NCBI GenBank assembly: GCA_012295275.1
Contig: CM022665.1
Coordinates: 10,478,001 to 10,542,000, forward strand
Reading direction: 5' to 3'
Length of the DNA: 64,000 nt
Source of the DNA: Chrysomallon squamiferum
Taxonomy: Eukaryota > Animalia > Mollusca
Numbering within the stretch: position 1 is the stretch's first letter; every line of letters begins with the position of its first letter. Positions 30,069-44,300 of this stretch are shown in pieces. A program made the position numbers and the translations under genes. The notes under the pieces are model-generated. The model did no database searches and was not told the DNA's origin. It saw nothing but the letters and a program-made list of their open reading frames with translations.

Positions 30069-33000
30069 TTATTTCCGTCGCTCTTCTCGAGCTGCATTTA
30101 TAGCCTCCATTTCAGCTTGAAGACTTTCAAGTTCCTTATCAGGAATATATCGATTTTCTTCATCAAAAGCACTTGCCTTGGAAAAAAATAAAAAATAAAA
30201 TAAATAACTTACAAACATTTACAACAAGTGAAGTCATGAAAAAAGCGCAATACATAAATACCTGATTATACCTGGGCACAAAATGGTAGAAAATATTTTC
30301 AATGTGAGCCAGTATATTTTAAGAACTGTAAGAAACTATTTTTTGTTGAGTATTGTTGTTATTACTCTTCCATAAACCAGTTAACTGTGATAAAAAACTC
30401 TTTTTTTTATTAAATATTAGCATCAACACCTTATTTTTAGATAGATTTGAACGATCAGTAAATTGTTTTTAGAATTAATTTCTGACAGCCATAACATAAG
30501 ATTCGTTTTTTAATGTCGTATTTTGACATGTCTTTAAACTCTTTTCAAATCGGTCAAAGATAATGTTACTGCTGCAAAAAGAAATGGAACTGTTTTACAC
30601 CTACTTTCTGAATTAGCATATTAATTCCTTCTGGAAGGTGTGATCTTGCTATCTGGATAAATATAGGTAGTACTGTGGAAGGAACATTATGAAGCTGAAA
30701 ATACAACAAAAAAATGTAAATCACCTGCCATTACTGTTAGCATGTTAAAATCTGTTAAATGATAGATGATGCAGAAACATTATACATACAGAAACATTTC
30801 AGACATTTGATTTCAGATTACTGCTAAATGAAATATATTTTTCAATATATAAAATCTAAAGATAGGATTAATTTTTTTTTTTTTTTTAAACTGGAAATGC
30901 ACTAAGGTTATGTAAATGTTAAATAAACCTTTTACTTTTGTATAAGTTTATTTCACTAAGAATATTAGAAATAAACCTGACTGTGGTGATAATAATTCAT
31001 GAAATAAACAGTTATAAAGTAAGAAAATAAAATATAAATGAATATAAATGCAATACCTGAACAACTCTTGCAAACATCTTTAAGTCAAATGTAGACTGTA
31101 CAATGGTTGTATTGGTTTTGAAAACCTTTATGTTACTATCTGTACTTGGTAAAGGCCAGCTGCAGATTCAGAGAAGATTGTAAAATACAGTATTAAAATT
31201 TAACATATAACACAAAGCTCATCAGTTACTGCAATTGTTATTCTGGCTCTCTTATTAAGTGATTCTTTAACATAAATAATGAAGATATATTGTTTTAATA
31301 ATAAACCACTGAAACTACATTTATAAAAATAAAAATAATAATAATAGTAATAATAATAATAACAAAAATTTCAACTTTCAGATTTAAAATAAATTATAAT
31401 AAACTATGTAAGCACAAGACAAATTGATAAATGATAGACATAAATAAATGTAAAATAATTATAGATTTATTTCATTCTCAAACTATGGTCAAAGAAACAT
31501 AAATAAGAACCTGAAATATTTCTATTATTATTTATATTATACCGAAGCTGTATCTCTTCTTCTTCTTGTTTTTTCATTTTTTGGCCAACCTAAACATTTG
31601 GCATTGATATATTGAAATATAGCCTTCTCATTATTTTGAAAAAGAATTCAAAATATCATAGCCACATACATCCTACATTAAAAATGTCATATTTTAGTCT
31701 TTATAAATATATATCAATAATGCAGTTACCTGTCGGTATCCAGATCCAGTGAATCTGCTAAACCATGAATATATTTTGCAAAATTTTCCAGAGGAACATA
31801 ATCATATCCTGTCATTTTTACATCCAGTACAGGATATTCAGGAATCTCAGGACCAGTGTTCTACAAAATATACAAAACAAAATTAAATTAATGTTTTCTA
31901 AAGCACAACTGTTTGAACCATTTCAATACATGTGCATACATCTTAAATATATATATGTATTTATGTGTGTTTGTAATAAGATGAATATTCAGTTGTCTTA
32001 TGTACATCTGATTAAACTCTGCATGTAGACAATATTCAATAATACGCTGGCCCAGAAGGACAAAGTCCAATCACAACCTCACAAAGTATGGCACAAAGCA
32101 TATCACTCTGCCACCAAAACAACCTTATAAAAAGCTGTTTAATAATGAAGGGTAATCATAGCTTCTTACAAAGCATACTGTTCTTTGTCTTTCATCATTT
32201 TTGCATGTGTATGTATTTAAATTAAAGTGAATCATATTCATTTTGATTCAAATTTTTTAAAGCATATGTATTTTGGCAATGTGATCATTTCATACATCAC
32301 ACTATTTTTAAAATATACAATATATAACAGATATATTTTATAATTCAGTTCAGTTTAGATGAATTAACAAAAGTCTCTGCTAATTCTTCTAGTAATGAAC
32401 AGATTTCTACAATTCATCAGTATACCATTATTTTAAATATTACTATGTTTTTGCTACTTACAACATCTGTAGGCTCAAAAACGCCATTTAATTTTGCTGA
32501 CTGACTAATCTGCCTCCTGAAAAAGTTAATAGTAGTTACTATTAATTTATAACAAACAGAAGAAAATAAACACATTATGGCTTTGGATTTAACAAGTAGT
32601 TGCAGCTGAAAAGGAGGACGCCACCAAAATTAATTAATTCTGCAATCATCTACTATAATTATTAATTATCATTACCACTTTTTATTTTATTACTTGAATA
32701 TTGGTGAACTTTTATGCAAGTGCATGTCTTTGTGCATGTGCACATGCTTATCTTTGTTTATGTGTTACTTAATACTGCATATCATAGAATTTATAAAATG
32801 TTAATTCTTATCATTAATCATCCATGGGTACAAGTCAAAACATGTTATGGGCATAGAATGGCTGGTTTAGATTTTATATTCAACATTTTAAAATGCAAAT
32901 ATTATTTGTGAATTCTAAAACTAACAAGTCAGACTTCATTAAAATGCAATTTTGAATAAATATAATACCTGGATGCATGTGCATAGACAATATTTTTTCT

Positions 33001-33253
33001 GCACAGTTCACATAATGATGGCCAAATTTTCTTCTTCTGAATATATGCAAGTTGTCTAGGAATTTGCAGAGAGCTCTAATAAAAAAAAAAAATAAAAAAA
33101 AAATTAATAATAATAATAATAATAAATAATGATACCGAATTAATTGAATATACCTATCTGGGTGGAAATGATGGGTGATGGTTAAAAAGTTGGCCAAACC
33201 AAAGACAAGTAATTATAACAACTTGTTAACATCTGTTTTAAAACATGAAATGA

Positions 33254-33310
<57 letters not shown>

Positions 33311-34033
33311 TTTCATGCAAATGATAAATATTTTGTTTCTTTTTTTTTTTTTTCTGCTGAACCATCGTAACATATTGTTTTCTAGATAAACCTACAAAAC
33401 TCATGTTGGCAGAATCCACAAAAGGATTCTTTACTAAAGAAGCCCTTATCAAAACATAATGTAAATGAACAATATCACTATTATTATTATTATTATTATT
33501 TTTATTATCAAATACTATAAACGTAACAATCGAAAGACTGAACTATCTGTGTTTTTAAATGAAAGAAAACAACTGAATAATTTGGGAAATAATGACTTCT
33601 TTGAAACACGGGAAGAACTCATTCAATACGATGTTTGAAGTTACAATAAGTACAAGTGAAGGAGAAAATGTGAAACCTCTGCCTGTAGTCAGTAGTCTCC
33701 AACTCGGTAAAATACTAACTTAACATAATTGAGCATGACATCATAAAGACTACTGGCACACTGTTATCAACATTTTTGCAAATGTTAATACCATACTAAT
33801 TGTATTATATAATGTTCTGGAATGATTAAAAAAAAATAACCTCAGCGAGATTGTATTTAAGAGATTTACATTAATACAGTATTTGTGTGAAATAAATTTA
33901 TTTTAGACAATTACTTATTGAAGAATACTCGTTAACTGTCAATGCATTATAAGTATATATATAAAAAAATGTATATGTATGAGAAATTATTGATAACCTG
34001 TTTCAAAACATTAAACGTGATAAATCCTGCCAT
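30069..34033 (-). CDS. MRPL48: 39S mitochondrial ribosomal protein L48 (mL48; 7 coding exons, ~209 aa)
   Basis: Minus-strand exons 34033-33998, 33075-32969, 32516-32462, 31860-31730, 31159-31057, 30694-30605, 30176-30069; GT-AG, in frame (630 nt). A basic presequence-like N-terminus (MAGFITFNVLKQSSLQIPRQ...) is followed by GVFEPTDV..PEIPEYPVLDVKMTGYDYVPLENFAKYIH..SWPLP..FARVVQLHNVPSTVLPIFIQIARSHLPEGINM..NRYIPDKELESLQ, matching the ribosomal S10-like domain of mL48. The first exon is the least certain. Confidence 0.9.
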
Positions 34034-34114
34034 AATTTTTTCTTTCTCGTAAAGTAAATTCCTCCTTTTTGTATAATAGATTTTTGTGGAATAAAACCCA
34101 TAGCAATAGGACAA

Positions 34115-34155
<41 letters not shown>

Positions 34156-35018
34156 AAACTGAAAGTGTATCAACAAATAGCAAGCAGTCTCTCATTAGTA
34201 TTCACCAAGACAGGAAAGATCAAACAAGTTTTGTTTTTATTTTTATATATAACTTGTTAAGTAGTAGCAAAAACGAAAACAGGTTATACGGCCTACCGAA
34301 TTTGGCTGATCCTGAAACTGTAATATCTGAAAACAAGTGCTGTAAATTAGTTTAATACGGGGCTACCAAGCCTTTCTCGTTTTCTTCTCTCTGTAATGAA
34401 CTAAATAATTATCTAACTTAGACGGAATCGTTTAAACTATAATTTTATTATCGTGCTGTTCCAATTTTTAAATTTTTTATTATTTAAAAAAATAATAATA
34501 ATAATAAATACTATAGATGGCTGAAATAAACCATTCTATAATAATAATCTTGAATAAATTCGGTTTCTCTTTATTTATATTTTATTTCAAAATATTACTT
34601 CCTGGATCCTTGAAGAAAACTTTTTAAAATACTAAATACAGAGGCCAGATTTGCATTCATGATTTATAATAATAATAATAATAATCTGTGGTGTCTCGCA
34701 GAAAACAGCAGTGCAATATTTAGTAGCGAACCTTTCACTGCTACTTGCGCGAGTTATGGAACTTGAAAATAAGTAGATGGCGATTGTGCTTGATAATGTA
34801 AAATGCGAAAATTGTTCCATTGGTGTTAAACTGAAGCCAGCGAACATATAAAACCATAAAGTCAAAGTGTTATCGGTTGGTTAACGGAACAAGTTAACAC
34901 AGGACATCACTCTATAACTAAGTACATTATTTACTGTTCTTTTTCCTTTTCAACCTTGATGTATTAAACCGCCAATAACTGAAAAAAAAAAAAAAAAAAG
35001 TCAATACAGATGCATCTG

Positions 35019-35075
<57 letters not shown>

Positions 35076-35969
35076 TTATTATGATTTTATTCTTATTCAT
35101 ATCACTCGAAAGTAAAAAAAAAAATGAAAATGATATCAACTTGTTTATGTTTAGTTAATTATTTTCAAAAGTTACGATTTTTAATTTACTTTTTAACAAT
35201 CAAGCGGTTTTTATTTTAAACAAATGTATTGGGGAAAAAGTTACAGTTTTCTGGTAGACTGGTAATTAAAGTAATGATAACTTTCTAAGGATGAAAATAA
35301 TCGGAAAATGCTTAAAGCATTATACAGAAAATGTGTCAAAACATAAGAAAACAAGCGATCTCTTTCCCAGACGCACACACATACAGTAAACATTTAATGA
35401 CCTGAAGTGGAATTAAAATAAATACCCAATCAAATGGCAGACTAGATGAGGTGACCTGTCTCGATGCGATGATTTGTTTACAATTTTTACCGCTAAATCA
35501 TATGATTTTTCCAAGAAGACAGAAAACAATTCACGCTCCATAGATTTTGATGATATTAAGTCAATGAAATGGTTTTATTCAGGAAAATTTATAAACGGAT
35601 GAACACAACATTCGGGGAAGACGGGTAGGCCCTAATAGCGGAAAGTACGATTTTCTAACTATAATTCCTCGGTAGAAAAGGCATACTCTCGCAAAGCGAC
35701 TGACACGAAATTTTACATGCATCAAGATAAATATTTTAACAAAAGTACTATCAAGGTTTCAAGAAAAAAGTTTAATCATATTCGAACGTAGATAGTCTGG
35801 ATTTTGAAACACTTCTTTTTCGCACTCTTTTTCTCTAGAAAATTCTAGGCGGATGAAAACAAAGTAGGGTAATGTTGTGCAAACTGCAGATTACGTCACG
35901 AAAGCATTCCCATCAAGCTTTTTTAAAACTTCTGCCAGTTAACGCAGCGTCTGACGTCATGGCTTCATT

Positions 35970-36340
35970 CAAACATACCAACTGTCTATCAGCAACTTTT
36001 CATGGAAATTCGAGACAGGTACTGTTACTACATTTCAGTTTAAACAGATAGATCACTAGATGGGAATTCCTTAGCATGTGCTACGGTTTTTCCATCGGAC
36101 ACAGAAATTTCCATGAGATTGCCCGATTCGGCAACTGTATTCAGTGCCGAAGTTCGGGCAATCTTTAAAACATTGGAACATAATATATAAAAAAAAGGCA
36201 TTCTTCTACAAATATAATATTTTTACAGACTTTTGTTTTCCAGAGCTTTATAACTTATGAAGCTGGAACATCCCTTAATTGGGATGGTGATACGAAGTTG
36301 TATCTGTTTAAATACTGCCAGTAAGGACATTATTTTAATT
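35970..36340 (+). mobile_element. Non-LTR retrotransposon (RNase H-bearing LINE) remnant, RNase H part
   Basis: Translates YQQLFMEIRDRY..V*TDRSLDGNSLACATVFPSDTEISMRLPDSATVFSAEVRAIFKTLE...IFTD..QSL*LMKLEHPLIGMVIRSCICLNTASKDII, a degenerate YTDGS/FTAE/FTDS RNase HI. Confidence 0.85.
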
Positions 36341-36607
36341 CAGTTATGTAATAATATCCTAATGGCGCCGAGCAGACGTTGTCCACAGCCTCGTTTTCGT
36401 TTCAGTCGTTAGTTAAAGCGTCCGGTAAAAATCGCTTCCAAAGTCGGCTGTCGTTCTTTGCGTCGTTATTTACAAACTGTCTTCATTAACCTCTGTGCGA
36501 TATTTTTCAAAATCATTATGCTAAACACCAGATTATTCTGCCAAAGTTTCTTCATTTTGTGGACGTTCACAGAGGATGAGTAAAATATTCTTTCAAACCG
36601 TTATAAG

Positions 36608-37057
36608 AATAGCATGGACCAATGATTTAAAAAAAAAAAAAAAAAAAAAAAATAGGAAACCCATTGTTTGCATACATAATAGTACGTTTTACAAGTTGAA
36701 TGCTTTTTATTTTAACGAAAAAGAGTCAAAAATTAATTTTCAAGTATTTTACGTCATAAGGATGGTTGTTCATATTATCAAATCACGATGTCCTACGCCT
36801 TTCGAAACTACTTTTTCAACTTGATCAAACTTTTCAAACTGGACTAATTTTGTGCATAATAGACTAAAATTATTATTCGGTATAAGATTAATGTATTCAC
36901 TTTTCTAGTTGGCAATATTCCCTATGTCAGAGCCCAACAGAAAAGAACATTCAGGTATAGTTTGTAACCATTAAATCGGCGAAATTCTGGCGACATCTTT
37001 TTCCGGTGACGTAATTTGTGCCGTTACGAGTTAGCGATCCTATTGGTCCATGCTATT
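36608..37057. mobile_element. MITE/non-autonomous DNA transposon, copy 1
   Basis: Perfect 16-bp TIR AATAGCATGGACCAAT...ATTGGTCCATGCTATT; no coding capacity. Confidence 0.75.
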
Positions 37058-38207
37058 TATTAGCATGGACCAGTGATTTTAAAAAAAAATTGAAATAGGA
37101 AATTCATTGTGTGCATACATAATAATACAGGTTTTAGAAGATAAATGATTTTTGTTTGAACGAAAAAGAGTGAAAATTTACTTTTTAACTAATTTTGTTA
37201 TACGGTCGGTGGACGGACCTGAAAAAAAAAAAAATATATATATATATATATATATTCCGATAGAAACGATATCCATTGAATGAATTCGTTTATGTCAACG
37301 GTTACCGTTTGAAGTCTACCCCCAGATCCCTCACCAAAATTTGTTTGCCCCGCTCCGCTCGGCGATTAAGTGTTCATGCATTATAATGCATGTATCAGGG
37401 CAATCATCCAAATAACTGATGATGACTTTTTTACATATAATATGACCTCTAATGCATTGAAAATGGAAATATATAATATAAAAAAGAATTATAATGGTTT
37501 TAAGTATTGTTTTACAACAATTTACTCAATACTGGATCTGCTATGCCTGGGGAGTTTTGGCAGAGCAACGTGTCCACGTTATAGTACCTAATGAGAATAG
37601 TCATTTTCCTATTCGCCCCTAATGTCTGTGAATTTTTTTTTTTTTTTTTTTTCATGAAATACGTTTGATGGTGACGTATTAATATTTGGGGGGGGGGAAT
37701 GATTTTTGCGACAATTTCTACTCAATAATAGAAGTCTATATATTAGGCATTGACTATGATATATTTTAACAAATTACTTGTAATGATCCATGTAGCTATG
37801 AGTGCATAATTAAGGAATACAAGTTTGTAAACGCTGATTGACATTTAGGATTTCGAAGCCAACACAACGAGTTGTTAAACTTCCAAATTCAATAATTTTA
37901 CAAATATTTTCGTTAATATTTCTGATTTATACCAATAGAGGTATGAATAATTGTTCATATTACCAAACATGATATAGAACACCTCTTCTAACTATAATTC
38001 TACCGTAATCTAACTTTTCAAACTGGATTATTTTTGTGCTGTTGCAGATTAATGTATTAACTTTTCTCGCTGTTTATGTTCCCCGTGTGAGAATCCATGA
38101 GAAAAGAGCTTTCAGGCAGAGTTTGTACCCATTAAATTGGCGCCATATTTTGAGCAGATGCAGTTCGTGCCGTCATGAGTTATAGTTCCTGTTGGTCCAT
38201 GCTAATA
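37058..38207. mobile_element. MITE/non-autonomous DNA transposon, copy 2 (same family, longer)
   Basis: TIR TATTAGCATGGACCA...TGGTCCATGCTAATA. The first ~130 bp and last ~80 bp are clearly similar to copy 1. Confidence 0.75.
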
Positions 38208-39049
38208 ATAAGTTTTTTTGATTATTTCGTGTTCAACTTTCAAAATTTAATGGAAATTATCAGTCACTCTACCAAGCTGCGATGTGATCGATGTTTACAC
38301 TGGAAGGCTTCATCCTGCACAGTTTCACCAGCAAAACAAAGAAACAAACAAACAAAACAAGTTCTATAACTGATTACAGAGCCATAAAACTTATTAATAT
38401 TAGGTTTTATAGTATCACATTTTTTTAGTACCTTCAGAAAATATTTGTGGATAATAATTAATTCAAATTGTTTTTATGAAGCCAATGTTTAATGATTAAT
38501 AATCATCCTTTTGAGGTAAACATTTCATGAATCCTGAAATTGCAATAACAAATGCATTTATTTTTTACAGAAATCCCCCCCAAAAAAAAAAAAAACCAAC
38601 AACAGTAACAAAAAAAAAAAAAAAAACCTTGGGTTCATGAAATTCTTTATTTAAGCTTTCCAGTCATGCCTAGTTCTTTAAGTTTTTTTTTATTATTATT
38701 ATTATATATATATTTTTTTATTTTTTTTATTTTTATTTTTTATTTTTTACAGAGTTTTGTCAGCAAGAAATGTTGGACACAAGTCAGATCAGGTGCTCTA
38801 TTGTTTTACCAATTAAGACAAAACATGGTAAATTAGGCAGTACTTAAATTGCCATAACTTTCTTGTTAATGGTCATAAAAAGAGGTCACAGTATCACTGG
38901 AAAGGTTGTTTTCATGGCTTCCTAGTGATATCATACTTAATATTAATTGATTATTAATTGACCATTATTATTATTATTATTTATTTATTTATTCATTTAA
39001 TTTTATAAAAAAATGTTTTATTATTTTTCATTTTTTATCACATACCTTC

Positions 39050-39700
39050 ATTATATTTTTTTGGGGGGGATATATGCCATATTGGGTAATGAAAAGGTGG
39101 CTGCCAAATTTGATTTAGATTTGCCATATGACTGAAGTACCCTGTACTGGTTTTAAATCTAAACTTCATGTCAGCCAGTATATCTTTTCTATTTGGCAAA
39201 ATGACTGGAATCAAGTGGGCATGAAGAAAATGCATTCTATTAAGTCAGTCCTCTTACATGCAGTACAAGCAGGATGCAGTCATCTTGTGGGTTGCCTGCA
39301 TCAGCCATATACACTTCACTCATTTTCATATCTTAAAAACAGATCCTCCACCTCAGTGTCAGCCCTGTTTGCCATAATTAGGTGGAATGCAGTGATTTTG
39401 ATGACACGGGGAAGGATATATTTGGTGCATGTGATGTTGTGGTTTAAATTCCACCCTAATCTTTTACTGACCATTTTATAGAATTTATTTTTTATTATTA
39501 TTATTATTTTAGTTAATAAATTTTACATTTCAGTTAAATATGATACTTATATTTTGCCCAGCTCTTTACACTGAGTTTTATAAACAATTGGAATTTCAAT
39601 ATTATTTTACTATTTAATTTTATAAAAATCATTTACATATCTCTGACACCCAACAGCTGATCTGTTTTCCATGCTAGGATGTTAAAAACATTCATTCATT
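39050..39700 (+). mobile_element. LINE remnant: end of RNase H, C-terminal zinc-knuckle region and 3' tail
   Basis: HIG-NEKVAAK..LDLP, VPCTGFK..SQYIFSIWQNDWN..KMHSIKSVL, HIHFTH..ILKTDPPPQCQPC. The 3' end TGACACCCAACAGCTGAT...AAACATTCATTCATT is a simple-repeat tail. Confidence 0.75.
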
Positions 39701-40199
39701 TTTTTTCTTTTTCTGTTCAAGCATCAATGTATAATAACCAATGGGTGTATCTACCCTGAATGAAAATAATAATAAAATAAATGCTAATGCCTGCAAAGTT
39801 ATCGATTTTGTCCCCTCACATGCCAAAAAGTGCAAAGGTTTTTTTTAACTAAAATGTATGGTCATTTCACTTTGCTTTGTTATTTTATTTCTTTTGAAAA
39901 ATCCAAACTGATCAACTGTTGCAGGTTTTTATTTTATTTTATTTTATATAATTTTTCCATTTTTGTTAAATTTGTCTGAGAATTTACAACCAATTTATTT
40001 CAAATATTAAGACTCAGATTTAGGGCATTTTTAGCTGGTAAAGAATTTAGAGAATTAATTTTTGGTCGTTATTTTTACAACTAAAAATCTTAACATAATT
40101 TTATTTTCTGTTTTTTTTTTCACCTGCTACACATCTTAGAACATGATTTTTTATTTTATTATTATTTTTTTTTTAAATCCTATTAAAGGAAATAAATAG

Positions 40200-40770
40200 C
40201 TATCAGCCTCCAAGATGGGAAGGATTCTTTCTTTTTGTTATGAAGATTATGAGTTTCCTTTGACTGCCATTCACAGAATTGTCCATAAGAATCATTACAG
40301 GTAATCAGCAGCCAGAAAAATTGGATCTGGAAGAAAAAAGACGCTTAATGCAAGAGAAATGGAATAATGGATAAAATGGTATTTAGTATCAAGACACAGA
40401 CATTCACATGTACAAGAACTTTACTTCCAGTGAAGGTAAAAACGTCACAAGACATTCTTTCTATGTGGAGTCTGAAAATATTGACACCTGCAAGAACAAG
40501 GACACACAGTTGTTTTAGAATATTTTATGATTTTTCTTGCTTCCTGATGAGCATCACTTATGTCCTACGTGATCATCTGAAAAATTCAAAGATGACCTAC
40601 AATCAACAAGAAAAGTTTTAAGTGATGGCATAATGGTGTGGTACTGTTTCACTAATCATGATTTCTGTGTAACCATTAACAGTTACTGCCCATAAGATAT
40701 TCTAACGAAACATCTCGTTCTTTTTATTCATCCCAGTCTGGAAATATTCCAACAGGATAGTGCTTTCTTT
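40200..40770 (+). mobile_element. Degenerate Tc1/mariner transposase remnant
   Basis: Colinear motifs GSGRKKTLNARE, GIMVWYCF and DILTKHL..EIFQQDSA (compare Tc1 SGRPRK, GGSVMVWGCF, FQQDNA), with many stops and frameshifts. Confidence 0.6.
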
Positions 40771-40989
40771 TTCTGAAAAATATATTTTAATATTTATGAA
40801 AATCAGACTTTCTTTTTGCCTAGACAATCTCCAGACCTCAGTATTCTAGAGTATCTGTGAAACATTCAAGTCCCAAACTGACTTCACTAACTGTCAGGAA
40901 TAAAGATTTATTATTCAGCAAGCATGGAACACGAATATATAACAAATTTATAGATGCTCAAAGAAAAAATAGTTCTTATTTAATTTTTG

Positions 40990-41162
40990 TTGTCAGTAAA
41001 CAAATAGCATTATCAAACAAGTTTAACTTCAGTAAATGATTTTATTTCAACAATGTACATGTCTTGGAAAACATTTAAACTTCTGCAGGTGTTGTCAGTA
41101 AAAAATAGCATTTTCAAACAAGTTTAAGTTCAGTAAATCATTTTATTTCAACAGGGTACATA
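40990..41162. repeat. Direct tandem duplication (~70 bp core, ~100 bp spacing)
   Basis: TGTCAGTAAA.AAATAGCATT.TCAAACAAGTTTAA.TTCAGTAAAT.ATTTTATTTCAACA..GTACAT occurs twice. Confidence 0.8.
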
Positions 41163-41319
41163 TCTTCCTTTCCCTCCACCTTTTCCCTTTGTTTCAAAGG
41201 TGCTCATTTTATATTATGTAGCCTTCTTGGTTATATGTATATACTCACACACATGCACTCACCCTAGATCCATAGAAAGTACAAACAGACAAATGCATTT
41301 GCATATTTATAAATTAAGG

Positions 41320-44300
41320 GACAGTGAGTAGACAAACATAATGATAAGAAACGCCATTTCAAAGTGGACAACTTTTAACTAACCTAAAAGGCTGAGGTTG
41401 GTTATCTGTATTTCTGATAATAACAAATCTCTGCTGCCTGTTGGTTTTGGTTATTAGTCTTGAAAATGACCACCTGGAATCTGAAAAGAACACAGATTTT
41501 GCTGGTCATGACAAATGAATATATTTGTCCCATTTAAAGTACCATCCCTAAATGTTATGTCCTAAATACTTAGATCTATTTTTTGTTCATTGTAAAGCCT
41601 ATCTGCTATCTAGCAGGGATATATATATTACATAATTATGTTTTCAATTTGATTTTGAGTAGACAGACAATTATACAAAACACTATTTCAAATAGGAACA
41701 AATCTACTAGCTAACCTGAAAGGCTATGGTTGGTTATCTCTACTAGATGAGGGTTTCTGATTGTAAAGCTGTTGCCAACATATTCTAGAAGGGATATATA
41801 TGACATTATATACTTATGTTTTTGATTTGATTTTTGAGTAGACAGACAATGATACAAAACACTATTTCAAATAGGAACAAATCTACTTAACTAACCTGCA
41901 AGGCTGTGGTTTGTTATCTCTGTTAGATGGGGTTTTTTTGCTGTTGTTATTTTTATTGTAAGGCTGTTGCCTACAGATTCTAGAAGGGATATATATGACA
42001 TTATATATTTATGTTTTCAATTTGATTTTGAGTAGACAGACAATGATATGAAACACTTTCAAATAGGAACAAATCTACTTAACTAACCTGAAAAGTTGTG
42101 GTTGGCTATCTCTACTAGATAGGGGTTTCTGATTGTAAATCTTGCCTACAGATTCAAGAAGGCATTATATATGACATATATTTATGTTTTCGATTCGATT
42201 TTGAGTAGACAGACATAATGGTACAAAACACAATTTCAAATAGGAACAAATCTACTTAACTAACCTGAAAGGCTGTGGTTGGTTATCTCTATTAGGTTTT
42301 GTTTTGTTTTGTTTAATGTAAAGCCTTTGCCTACAGATTCTAATAGGGATATATACAATATTTTATATTTCTGTTTTAGATTTGATTTTGAGTAGACAAA
42401 CAGTGATACAAAACACGTCAAAGAGGACAACTTTTAACTAACCTAAAAGGCTGAGGTTGGTTATCTGTATTTCTGTTAATAACAAATCTCTGCTGCCTGT
42501 TGGTTTTGGTTATTAGTCTTGAAAATGACCACCTGGAATCTGAAAAGAACACAGATTTTGCTGGTCATGACAGAAATGAATATATTTGTACCATTTAAAG
42601 AATCATCCCTAAATGTTACGTCCTGCGTCCTTAGATCTATTTTTATTCATTGTAAAGCCTGTGTCAGCAAATTCTGCTATCTAATAGGGATATATATAAC
42701 ATATATTTATGTTTTCGATTCGATTTTGAGTAGACAGACATAATGGTACAAAACACTATTTCAAATAGGAACAAATCTACTTAACTAACCTGAAAGGCTG
42801 TGGTTGGTTATTTCTTTTAGAAGTTGTGTTTTTTTAAATTAATTTTTATTGTAAAATATTTGTCTACAGATTCTTATATGACATTATATATTTGTTTTCG
42901 ATTTGATTTTGAGTAGACAGACATAATGATACAAAACACTATTTCAAATAGGAACAAATCTACTTAACTAACCAGAAAGGTTATGGTTGGTTATCTCTAC
43001 TAGATGAGGGTTTCTGATTGTAAAGCTGTTGCCTACAGATTCTGTTAAGGATATGTATATGACATTATATATTTATGTTCTAGATTCAATTTTGAGTAGA
43101 CAGTCTGTGGTTGCTTATCTCTATTAGATGGGTTTTTCAGATTTTAAAGTCTTTGCCTACAGATTTGGTTTTGAGTAGACAGACATAATGATACAAAACA
43201 CTATTTCAAATAGGAACAAATCTCCTTAACTAACTTGAAAGGGTCTGGTTCATTATCTCTATTAGTGGGTGGTTTTTTTTTTTTTTTTTTTTTTTATAAT
43301 GTAAAGCCTTTGCCAACAGATTCAAGTAGGGGTATACCACATTTTATATTTCTGTTTTAAATTTGATTTTCAGTAGACAGACACAATAACCACAACTAAT
43401 TGGTTTATATATTTGAAAGACCATTTAAAGTATCATCCATAACAGTTTTGTCCTAGGTTCTTGGATCTATTTTTATTGATTGTAAAGTCTATGCCTGCTA
43501 ATTCTACTATCTAGTAGGGATATATATGACATTATATATTTAAGTTTTAGATTTGATTTTGAGTAGACAGACATGATAAAAAACATTTCAATAAGGAACA
43601 AATCTACTTAACTTACCTGAAAAGCCTGTGGTTATCTCTAATAGATGGGTTTTTCTGATTGTAAAGCCTTCAACTACAGATTCTAGTAGGGATATATATG
43701 ACATTATATATTTAAGTTTTAGATTTGATTTTGAGTAGACAGACATGATAAAAAACATTATTTCAATAAGGAACAAATCTACTTAACTTACCTGAAAAGC
43801 CTGTGGTTATCTCTAATAGATGGTTTTTTCTGATTGTAAAGCCTTCAACTACAGATTCTAGTAGGGATATATATGACATTATATATTTAAGTTTTCGATT
43901 TGATTTTGAGTAGACAGACATAAAAAACACTCTTTCAATAAGGAACAAATCTACTTAACTTACCTGAAAAGCCTGTGGTTATCTCTAATAGATGGTTTTT
44001 TCTGATTGTAAAGCCTTCAACTACAGATTCTAGTAGGGATATATATGACATTATATATTTAAGTTTTCGATTTGATTTTGAGTAGACAGACATAAAAAAC
44101 ACTCTTTCAATAAGGAACAAATCTACTTAACTTACCTGAAAAGCCTGTGGTTATCTCTAATAGATGTTTTTTTCTGATTGTAAAGCCTTCAACTACAGAT
44201 TCTAGTAGGGATATATATGACATTTTATATTTCTGTTTTACATTTGATTTTGAATAGACATAATGAAACAAAACACTTTCAGATAGTAAAAAATCTACTT

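Noticed and set aside
33182-33452. Alternative MRPL48 first exon near 33373
   Set aside because: It has no good in-phase donor, while the 34033-33998 exon gives a clean phase-0 join.
38210-38960. Additional DNA-transposon-like internal sequence
   Set aside because: It looks repeat-derived, but no termini or coding motif could be defined.
43588-44120. Three near-identical 61-62 aa minus-strand ORFs and the related 42519/44440 ORFs; also a superficial CRISPR-like periodicity
   Set aside because: These are by-products of the satellite monomer. There are no unique spacers or cas genes, and the DNA is eukaryotic.
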